64,000 nucleotides of DNA, from NCBI GenBank assembly GCA_002269645.1, contig NIVC01000460.1, positions 310,001 to 374,000 on the forward strand, given 5' to 3'. This stretch comes from Macrostomum lignano (lineage: Eukaryota). The notes beneath the pieces were generated by a model, which saw nothing but the letters and a program-made list of their open reading frames with translations, did no database searches and had not been told where the DNA came from. Made by a program: the position numbers and the translations under genes. Positions 53,599-64,000 of the stretch are shown piece after piece. Numbering within the stretch: the stretch's first letter is position 1; each line of letters starts with the position of its first letter.

Positions 53599-54571
53599 GC
53601 AGCAGTCCCCCAGAATTAAAGATAGTGTAGGGTGAGAGAGGATAGTGGTGAGGAGAGTGAATGAAGGGAGTAGGTTGAGTGGGTTATGGATCAAACAATG
53701 GTTACATATTGGAGTTTATATAACATGCACAATGTCCTACTTTGTGTTGTACAGTTGAGTACTGTATTGATTATCCATTCCATCCATCTATCCATCCATC
53801 CATCCATCCAACTCAACTGAGTGCGTGTGTACATGAATGCATGCGTGCGTGCGTGCATAAGGCTTTAAATAATGATTGTTACTATTTATGGAAAATGTAC
53901 TAAAAATAGATGCATATTTAGATGCATATCCTATATACTAAAATTCATCCCTAAAGATATCCCTATAAAAATATCCCTAAACAAATGTCACTAGTTATGG
54001 AAACATGTAACTATAAATAGATGCATTTTCACCCCTTAGAGAAATTAGAAAGACAGACTATTCTAACTTGTGTAATAGAATCAATTAATCAGTGAGTGAG
54101 TGAGTGAGCAAGCGACAGAATGAATACTCTATATCTCTAGGGGTGAAAGTGCATCTATTTATAGTTACATGTTTCCATAACTAGAGACATTTGTTACTAA
54201 TTATAGTTACATATTGCCATAAATAGTGACAGTTGGTAATATTTATAGTAACAATATGCTATAAATAGCTAAAAAGTTTGACTGACTGCCACAACCAGGC
54301 ATATAACAAGCGATCATATAGCTAATATGCATGTATACAATAATGCCTAACGCACACTAATATGTACCAATTGACTGACTAACTAACTAACCCAATCTGA
54401 CAAGACCCAATCTGACTGACCCAAGTCCAACTATAATCCCAACCCAAACATATACTTGTCTACCTACCTACCTACCTACCTACTTACCCACCTACCTACC
54501 TACCACTATATTTATCCCACTAACCCAACCACTTACCTGTCACTGCCTATTTTATTCTGGGGGACCGCTGC
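53599..54571. mobile_element. Unclassified TIR element with a nested about 60-bp inverted pair (53981-54195)
   Basis: GCAGCAGTCCCCCAGAAT / ATTCTGGGGGACCGCTGC termini; no clear TSD. Confidence 0.5.
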
Positions 54572-54993
54572 GCTGGCCAAGAAATGTGAATAGTAGAATT
54601 TTTTTATTAAACTTCAACATAGTTTTCACATATAAGCTATATAAATAGCATAAAGTTTGTACTCAATTTTGAAATTGATTAGACTATTTAATATTGTATA
54701 TTATATCAATGTACTAGCAAAAGAAATATATATATAATTACATAGCTTTAGCTTGTTTTTTGCTTAGACTTTAAAGTTCTTTAAGTAATAAACTTTAGTT
54801 ATGCTTATATTTTAATTATGTTAATTTGATAAAAAACATCTTCAAAATTTTCAGTCAAATATTCTGCCTATTATTAATATTAGCATTCTGCTAAGTCACA
54901 ATTGAAAGAAATGAAGGTAATTGCTGCTTTTTTCATAAGTTTAACTATTTTTTATCCCTTTGTGTTAAAATACAAAACTGAATAATTTTAGAT

Positions 54994-57900
54994 ATGAGTT
55001 CCATTGAAGCCAGAGAGGCTGCAGCAGATGGAATACACCAGCTGCATGCAAATATTATACAGCAAGTTCAAAATGGTAAGTTTTATGCAGCAAGTTTGTG
55101 TTTGCATACTTTCCATTATTCTACTTAAAGTAGCAAATATGACGAATCGTTTTCAAAATATGCTTATCTGACAGATTGCCGGCCTGACCTGCTTCAGCCA
55201 ATGCTGGAGGCTCAGTTCCTACTGGTGCAGAAACTTTTGACCACTTCTGATGCCAATGCGAAATCCCAGCCAGAAGTGAGTGTTGCCCATTTGATTTTCA
55301 GCATGCCTATTGGGCGATATGCTCTTCACATTAGATGCTTCTTGTAAAACTTTGTAGGTAAATCATGGCGACCAGCAGCTTGAGCCTGACCCAGCCGGCA
55401 CCTCGGCGGAGTCGCTCGCCAGCACAGTTTCGTTGCTGCGCAACCAGCTGAATTCGGTGACTGTTCAGCGCGACGAATTGCAACAGCGTCTGCTTGAAAG
55501 CAACGCTCGACAGTCTGCGGAAGCTGGCGCGGACGAGCTGGCTAAACTGAAGGACAAGTACGCGCGCCTCGTAAAGCAGTGCAAAATCTTCAAAGAAACA
55601 ATTCGACAACTAAAAGAGGACCAACAAGGGCAGCCGCAACAGTCAGTCGAGTCGCAAGCGAGACGCGATGAATTAAAAGAGAAATTCGAACAGCAGGACG
55701 CACATAAGCAGCAGTTAATTGAGCAACTACAGTTGGAGCTCGATCGGCAGAGAGAACAATTCGAACAGTGCAATGCGCAGAAGCAGCAGCAGATGGAGGA
55801 GATGTTGCAGCAAATTGCTGAACAAAAGCGTCACTTAGAGCTTCAAGAACAGGCAAAGTCAGAACTTGAAGGGCTCAAAGTACAAGTAGCTTCGCAGGCG
55901 CAACAATTGGAGCTCATGGGAGAGCAAAGTCTGCAAATGGAACAGCTTCAACACCAGCTAGAAGACCAAAGTCAGCAATTAAAATTGCAAGATAAGGAAA
56001 AATTCGAAACGGAAGCGCTGAAACAAGAAATTGAGGAGCTGCAAAAGCAGCTTAAATTTGAGAGGCAAAATAATTTTCAGGCTAATGAAGTTCAGCAGCA
56101 ATTGGAGCTGAATGAGATGCTGAAGCTAGAAATTGAAAAGCTGAAAAAGCAACTTGAGGAGGAGAGGCAGCAGTTTAATCTGCGCATCGAACAACAACAT
56201 CTGCCGGGTCGGGAAGAAGAATTCAGCGCATTGCATAGGAAGCAGCAGCATCTTGAGCAGCATATACATCAAATAGAGGCCGACAAGCAGCAGCAGCTAC
56301 AACAGATCGAAGCTAAAAAGCAGCAGCAATTGGAGACGAAAGTACAGCAGATCAAGGCTGAGAAGCAAGAGCAATTGCAACAGATCGAGGCTGAAAAGCA
56401 GCAGCAATTGGAGATGAAAGTTCAGCAGATCGAGACTGAAAAGCAAGAGCAATTACAGCAGATCGAGGCTGAAAAGCAGCAGCAATTGGAGATGAAAGTT
56501 CAGCAGATCGAGGCTGAGAAGCAAGAGCAATTACAGCAGATCGAGGCTGAAAAGCAGCAGCAATTGGAGATGAAAGTTCAGCAGATCGAGACTGAAAAGC
56601 AAGAGCAATTACAGCAGATCGAGACTGAAAAGCAAGAGCAATTACAACAGATCGAGGCTGAAAAGCAGCAGCAATTGGAGATGAAAATTCAGCAGATCGA
56701 GGCTGAAAAGCAACAGCAATTGGAACAGCAAATACAGCAGCTTGAGGTTGAGAAACAACAGCAGCATGAGCAACAGATTCAGAAGCAACAGCAGTCACTA
56801 AGAGACACAGGTAGTCTGTCTGCACAAACGTCTGCTGAGTCACAAGACGTCGTAGTTAATGAGCTAAAGCTGAAGTGCGCCAAATTAATTAAGTTAAACA
56901 AGACAATGCGTGAGCAGCTCAAGCTTGCGGAGTCTCGCAATAGTTCCATCTCATCAGCTGTTGACGATGTGTCTTGTCAGACGGAATGTGACCAAACTGA
57001 TCAAACTTTAGAGGCATCGTCGTTTAATTTAGATGAAAATCTGGCGGAACTTAGTCGGCAATTAACGGAAAGTAAAGCAGAGTCTGAACAGTTTCAATCT
57101 ACTATCGATTCTCTATCAAAGCAGTTAGCTGAAGCAGGAAGACAGTTAGATGAAAGTAAATCTGAGTGTGAGCGCATTATTCTTACTGCAACTGATTTTG
57201 AAAGGAGGCTCGAAGAATCTGAGCAACAGTTGGCATCTAGTCTAAAAGAGTCTGAGAAATATCATTTGCGTGCAACTGACGCAGAGGAAAAACTTACTGT
57301 TAGTATTAGTGAATCAGAGCAGCTCCGCATGAAGCTTGCTGTTACAGAGGAGAAGCTGCAAGATACTGAAAGACGAGTTGAAATTCTGAGCGCCGAAGCC
57401 GAGCAATTCCAGCTCAGTGCAACTGATGCCGAGCAGAGACTTTTGGAAACCGATAAACAGTTCAAAGCTGGCCTTGATGAATTGGAGCAACTTCGAATCT
57501 CTTCAAAAAAATTGCAGGAGAGGCTAGCAGAAGCTGAAAGGCAAGTTGGGGCTAGTCAAGCGGAGTCTTATCAATTTCGACTCATTGCTGATGATGCCAC
57601 AAAGAGAGTTGCAATGGCTGAGAGCCAGCAGGCAGCTAGCAGTTCCGAAATCGAACAGCTTCAACTGGCGCTTGCCAACGCAGAGGAGAAGCTGTCTAAA
57701 ACAATGGATCAGTTGGCTGATATCAGTTCTGAGAATGAGCAGTTGCGCCTTAAGCTTTCTTCCAATGAATCTGATGAAAAATCGTCAGTAATACAGAAGC
57801 AGCTGGAAATTAGCCAAAGGAAGTCAGAGCAACTTGAACAGACCCTCGCTGAAGCAACAGAAAAGTTAGCTGACCTTGAAGGTCAACTTATCGCTAGCCA

Positions 57901-60316
57901 AACCGAATCGGAGGAGCTGCGTCAACAATTATCTTCAGCTAGAAGCAATGCGGATACTAAATTAGCTGAATTAGAAAGACTATTAGAGGAGGCCAAGGCT
58001 GAGTCTGAGCAGCTACGACAAAGTTTCACTAGTGCAACCGAAAATCTTAGTGAAACTAGGAGCGAGTTGCTAGCTAGTAAAGCCAAAACTGACGAACTGC
58101 AATTGACTGTGTCGGCTTTCGAAAATAAGCTAGCTGAATCTGAACAGTTTCTGTCAGCTTGCAGACATGAGGCCGAGCAGTTCAAGCAAGCGCACACTGA
58201 TGCCACTCAGAAATTACAATTTGCCGAGGAACAGGTCTCAGTAAAGGTGGCAGAGATTGAACGGTTGGAAATGTTTACTACTGAAGCGAGGGAACGGATT
58301 TCGATGTTGGAAGAACAGTTGTCATCAAAAACATCTGAAGCTGAACATTTGAGCCATGTTGCTGCTGAAGTAGAGAAGAGATTGTCCTTGGTTGAGGAGC
58401 AGCTATCAGAAAAAACGTCCGATGCTGAGATATCAACTGGCACAGCTGAAGTAGCTGAGCATGCAAAGCACGCAGTGCTAAACAATGATTCAGAAAAGCT
58501 AGTAGAGAACGAACGGCCGTTGTTTGCCGATCAATCTGACACAAAGCAGACTGACCAGTTCAGCTCTACTAAAGACACTGATTTTGATGAAATTAGCCAG
58601 CTAAAACAGGCAGTAGCAGAAGCAAAGGCGGCGCAGATGGCAGAAGCTACCAATGCTGAACAGTTACAACTTCGTCTCAGCAGTATGGAATCGGTTCTAG
58701 ACCAGCTGAAAAATCAAAATGCTGCTCTTCTGAGTGATCTTGATCTAGGTAGAAAGGCATTTGAGAAGCTTCTCTTGGAGAACGGGCAGTTGCGTGAGCG
58801 TCTTGCTGCAGCTGGATCTTTGGATTTGTCAACTGTACCTTCTGATGTTACTGAGACCTCTACGGACTCAACTGGAGCAGTCGAAGGCACCGATCCCGCT
58901 GCCGTGCAGGTGAAACTGCTGAACACACAGTTAAGCCGAGCCAGAGGTCAGCTGTTGCAACTGCGCTCCGAACGAAACAAAATTTACCACGAATACATGC
59001 GAGTTCGCCGCGAAAAAGAGGACTGTGAAAGTCAGCTAGCAGCCGTTTCTACGACGTCGGCGTCGGAAGAAAGGCAACCAAAGCAGATGGTAAACAGCGG
59101 TAGCTTGCACTGTTCGAACACAGATAAAGGTCCCGCATCGGCACAGGCGGCTGATGCAGAGGTTCAACGCGCTGCCGCTGCTGCTGCCGGTCAGCGCGAG
59201 GAAGAGCTGCTGGCAATCCGATCGGAGAACGAGGGTCTTCGATTCCGACAGAGCCTACTCGAGACGAAAGTGAAGAAAATGGAGATTCGCATGCGGGCAC
59301 AGCGCGAGAAGCTAGAGCGCTACCAACTACGCTTCGACGAAAAGGATCGCGAGCTGGAGCAGTTAGTTGACAAGGTTCGGCATCATCGAGCTCTGTTTGA
59401 CAATGAGAAGTCGGCTAGACTGCGTGAAGTCAATCAGTTGAAGTCGGCCCTAGCCGCCGAGGAGGCTCGCGCTCGCCGTATGGAGAAGCAGCGCGGCGGC
59501 GGTGGACGCGGAGAAACCCAGGCTCTTCTCGAGGAGCTGAGCGCAGCCAGGCACGCCAAACAGGAAGCTGAGCAACGTTACGACAGCGAGATTGCCACGC
59601 TGCGGGCTCAACTAGACGAGCTCGCGGCGGACAGCCAGGAGCTGCGCACTCAATTGGTGGAAGCGAAGCGGCGCCGAGCTACCGGGAATAACAACGAAGC
59701 AGAAATGCCACCAGCGCCAACCGAGTGCTCCGAGTGTAAGCGGCTGCGCGAAGCGGTGCGCGTTTTAGAGGCTCAGAAGCAGCGGCACCGTTCGGCCAGT
59801 CAGAGTGAGCAGCAACACGAGCAGTTGCTCAGATCGGCTGCCGCTGCGTTGGACACGGCTCTCCAACTGCGCGGTCAGCCTGGCGTTGTTGAGCCGGCGG
59901 CAACGCTTGACGCGCTATTGCGCAACTGCGCCGCACGTATTGAAGCGATGGCTGCTACGGTTGACGCTGCTTCTGCTGCTAGTTCTGCTGCAGATATTGT
60001 CAGTGTCGAGACTCAGACATCAACTACAAACAACGAGGTTTCAACTTTGAATGCTAGAGTTCCCTCTGCGACTGTGTCTGTATCGACTGAGACGACGATT
60101 GAAGACGCGCCGGATGCTGTCGCTGTCGACATGCCAACACTGCCGATGCTAGCTGGAGCCTCGACGTCAGCGCTTGGCGAGTGGATTCGTCAGACCCGAC
60201 CGCTGCTGCGCGGCTGGCCAACTCCGCTACGTCGAGCGCGGGTGGGACCGCGCGGATTCGCTATCGCCTATCTGTGCGCCGTGCACCTGCTTCTGCTGTA
60301 TTGCATGATGGCCTAG
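54994..60316 (+). CDS. GOLGB1: Giantin (GOLGB1)-like tail-anchored golgin, about 1713 aa; exons 54994-55075, 55175-55275, 55358-60316
   Basis: Very long Q/E/L/K coiled coil. C-terminal TM segment FAIAYLCAVHLLLLYC carries the Tyr/His signature of giantin/golgin-84/CASP anchors. Introns are phase-compatible. The 5' exons and exact orthology are tentative. Confidence 0.75.
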
Positions 60317-61611
60317 TTTGGCAGACTTTAAACACGGCTTTTGAATCTTGGTGTCTTTTTTTCCAGAATTATAGTGGAGAAATATTGATTTTTGTGGCTG
60401 TAAATTCATATGCAGATTTTTTATAGAGGCAGGGGCTGTGTGCACTGGCCCACTTAAAGCGACATTGTCACACAGCCGGTGAGAGGCATTACTGCCCATT
60501 CTGAGCAGGCACACAAGCGCGTGGATACGTACGCAGTCATACGCACAGGGACACACTCACACAGGAGTGTACAGCGGCCTTGGTCCTCAAGAGGTTTGGC
60601 CCTCAAGCTGGGCGGTAATTGCACGAGCAGACCCATGCCGAGATTCCAATTTAGTTCCAAATCACTGGGCTACGGCCCCCTTCATATGGGGAGCATGGCC
60701 ATTACCTGCCACCAACTGACTGCCGACGATTTAGATTAGGGTTTAGGTTAGGTTTCAAGCTAGGTTTTAGGTTCAAGGGTTTTTTTGTTTAGGTTTATCA
60801 TATGTATTGGATGCCTGTCCAATCGCGTCTATTTGTCCTTGCCCGCAATTCGCGGTAGCATCTGTTTCCGTGTACACCCGCTCTCACATTGCACAGCTGG
60901 CTGGTTTGTCTGGCCAGTCTAACAAATCGGCGTCAGAGTTGTCAAACTTTGCAAGTTCACGTCACATTCTAATTGATTTCCAAGGTATTTTTGGTGACTG
61001 TTTCATCGTCAAGGTGTTTGTGTATATTTCAACACGGCTTTGCGAGGTTATTTGAGCACAACATTTTTATGTTTTTCATTATTCATATTCAATTTCAATA
61101 TCGATGCCAATCAGTAACTTTGTCAGAAGCAGAGATGATCATTTTTATTTTATTCTCGCTTTCAAAACGCTTAGTTATTGTGTCAAATCTCTTAATATGA
61201 GGCGAAAATAAGTACCTTACCCGCTGGTGTATGTAACTGTACAAACAAGTAGTTTTTGTATCTGTATTTCCATTTATTTTTTTGTAAATGCTTTCTTCCC
61301 TATTAAATTCCAGCCCCTGTCTATTTTTGTTGAAAATCCCAGCCCTGTGAAGGAGAGCTCGAGTTTTTCTTTATCAGTGGCATCTGCTCATTCCTGTCCT
61401 CAGTCGCCTTTCAATTCGCCAAGCTTTAATCCTGTACTCGTTCCGACAATTTGGATTCATCATTTAAACAAATTGTTTTTCTGTGATTATTATTTTTTAT
61501 CTGTCAGTTCATTTTTTCCGGCTTAATGGGGTTTTTGGTATTAGCGTTTTGCAAACCAATTGAGCAAAGCAGTTTTTTATACGTTTTCGATGAGTCGAAG
61601 AGGCAGTGATC

Positions 61612-61694
61612 AATCGATTAATTGATTGATTGATTGATTGATTGATTGACTGATTGATTGACTGACTGATTGATTGATTGATTGACTGACTGAC

Positions 61695-61729
<35 letters not shown>

Positions 61730-61762
61730 CTGACTGATTGATTGATTGATGGGTTGATTGAC
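61612..61762. repeat. (GATT/GACT)n microsatellite
   Basis: Visible. Confidence 0.95.
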
Positions 61763-62526
61763 ATACTCCTACAAATCCCTCATTCCATTTTCAGAGCAGA
61801 AAAAGAAAACAGCTATGACGATAAATTTGTGTTGTCTATATCCAGCGTATTGTCATTGTCTACCGGCACTTGAAAGTTAATCAGGGTTGGCCGCGGTTAG
61901 TAGGGTAGGCTGTTTAACAAGCTGTTTACTTCACTACTCCAAGGAGCTACCGTGATTTAGTGACAGAGGATCACTAGAGACATAGAACAGAATTTATATA
62001 GTATTTATGTTACCGATATGACTCAAATTGGTTTGCTAAAATGCAATTTTTCAATCTTAACGTCAGCCTGTAAATATGACTTTTGTGCATTCCTCTTCTG
62101 AACTAATAATTTTTGTTATTAGCATATCTACAAGTCTACTAGCCTGATAAAAGATGTTTATGTCCTCAATATTGCGTTTTTTTCGTTCTAGCTTTATGTG
62201 CTCGTATTTAATTATCGATGATAACTTGTTTAAGTAATATTTTCAGAGCATTGCAAATTGGAAGGCTCTTTGCTTAAATATTTATTTATTAATCTGCTAT
62301 CTGATAGGGGCATAGGGTAGATTTCCGAATCTTCTGGTGCGTTTCAGATTGAAAAAATGTGTGCAAGCTCTGCAATTGGAGTTGCATTGTGTCTGGGCGC
62401 CACTTTCCTAAATTTTTCTGGCGTCAATATTTATTTTAGGTATTAACTAAGATCTGTTTGAGTTCATTATTTCACTCTTATTATTTAGTTTAGTTATTAT
62501 AGACTGCAAATGCAGGGTTGCAGCCC

Positions 62527-62835
62527 TTAGTTAATCCCTCAGAATTAGCGCCGTTTCTTAGTTAATCCCTCAGAATTGGCGCCGTTTCTTAGCTAATCCC
62601 TCAGAATTGACGCCGTTTCTTAGTTAATCCCTAAGAATTGGCGCCGTTTCTTAGTTAATCTCTCAGAATTAGCGCCGTTTCTTAGTTAATCCCTCAGAAT
62701 TGGCGCTGTTTCTTAGTTAATTCTTCAGAATTGGCGCTGTTTCTTAGATAATCCTTCAGATTTAGCGCTGTTTCTTAGATAATCCTTCAGATTTAGCGCT
62801 GTTTCTCACAGTCTCTCAGAATTAGCGCCGTTTCC
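62527..62835. repeat. 31-bp minisatellite (TTAGTTAATCCCTCAGAATTGGCGCCGTTTC)n, about 10 copies
   Basis: Visible. Confidence 0.92.
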
Positions 62836-63861
62836 CAGCTCATACTTGTGTTGCTTTCTGCTCCGCTGTCAACTTTTCAGTCCAATCGAAGTACCAAGTT
62901 GCTGATCTACCAAATGCTTCAGAAATGTTCTCTCTTTATTTTCATTAGTTCTTTGTTCTGGTTCCGTCACATAGGCATGCAAAAGAGAGCCTCGGCTGTA
63001 GCTTGAATTATTTAGTGTGGCTGGTACCGGGCACATTTTTCAGTAATGTTTTTCATACACTATAATAATAACAGACTAGACAGAAATTAGTGCAGTCGCA
63101 GCTGTAGTGTACTTTTAATGTTGATTTTCTGCCAGACTATTCAGTTGAAGAGCTGCAGATGAATTGGGAATCTGCGGCACTCTCAATCTCTGTGCACTCA
63201 GAGCAGTCAGTCTCCTGACTCAAACACTCCCTGCCCTCTGTGCTGCTCATTTTATTTATGTTAAATAGCCTTCAACCTCTCGCCCATCTCAACCGCTATT
63301 CTCTGCTCCTAGAGTAGATGCTTTTCTACTTCTATTGTCATTGGAGCATCATTTGAAATCCGATCTTCATCTTTCTACTCTCTTCAGCCGCACAGCCTCT
63401 CTCTTCCTAAATACTGCGCCCTCATCACCGCCATACAACTCGTACTGGGTGTGTGAACCGCTGCTTTGCATTCAGTCTAAGTAGCTTAGGGCTTTATTGT
63501 GTATTAATACTTCTGCTTCTAATCAAATTCGCTCGAACAATTGCACCTGTCTGAAGCTCGCTCATCAATCATGCAACTGTATTTCTATAGTATTCTTTGA
63601 AAGTCCATCGGCCTACGCGCGTGAGTTTACTCTGATTTTTTTCGGAAAATGTGTGTTTACTTTCTGTCTACCGTAATTGCCATTCGGCCCTGACTGCAGG
63701 CCCAGGGACACCTTTTGAGGGGGATGCCTGGACTGGAAACCAGATTTGTCATCCGCCTTAAGATATAAAATTATAGTTTTTCCTGTCAAGAAGCACAAAT
63801 ATCAAACTCAGCTCAATAAAGTCATCTCAAGTGGATATGATTGATTGACTGACTGGCGCAT

Positions 63862-64000
63862 TTGAGCGATTGTCTAGTGGTCTGGCGCGTCGCTCTGATG
63901 TGCCAGCGACCCAGGCTCGATTCCAAGTTGCAGTCGCATTAATCTGGGACTAAATTGGAATCTCAGCTTAAGTCTCCTCATCAAATTAACGCCACTGAGA
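63862..64000 (+). mobile_element. Head of a tRNA-derived SINE, or a tRNA pseudogene; runs off the window end
   Basis: A-box-like TGTCTAGTGG and B-box-like GGCTCGATTCC; no convincing cloverleaf. Confidence 0.55.

Noticed and set aside
60735-60795. Telomere-like TTAGG/TTTAGG patch
   Set aside because: Too short and degenerate to interpret.

Overview
Eukaryotic (animal) genomic DNA with spliceosomal introns and very dense intronic minisatellites and microsatellites. The style resembles the flatworm Macrostomum lignano, which is an inference. From 3.2 to 17.9 kb lies a tandem array of about 4 diverged and disrupted paralogues of an unusual gene: an unidentified Cys-containing N-terminal region, then an EEP (DNase I/APE-like) fold whose first motif (INAD) is separated from the rest (TISE, GDWN, IDNF, TTH) by a long Ala/Lys/Glu-rich helical insert. 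One copy is interrupted by a truncated LTR element. Downstream genes on the + strand are: a possible EF-hand gene, a 5-exon type I membrane protein, a low-complexity ORF, a CREBZF-like bZIP factor, IER3IP1/Yos1, a coiled-coil adaptor with a UBZ1-type zinc finger, an intronless SLC15/POT-like MFS transporter and a giantin-like tail-anchored golgin. There are many non-autonomous TIR elements with clear TSDs (hAT-, Tc1/mariner- and MULE-like) and tRNA-derived SINEs. No CRISPR array, rRNA or clearly functional tRNA was found. All calls were made by eye from the sequence; no database search was run.
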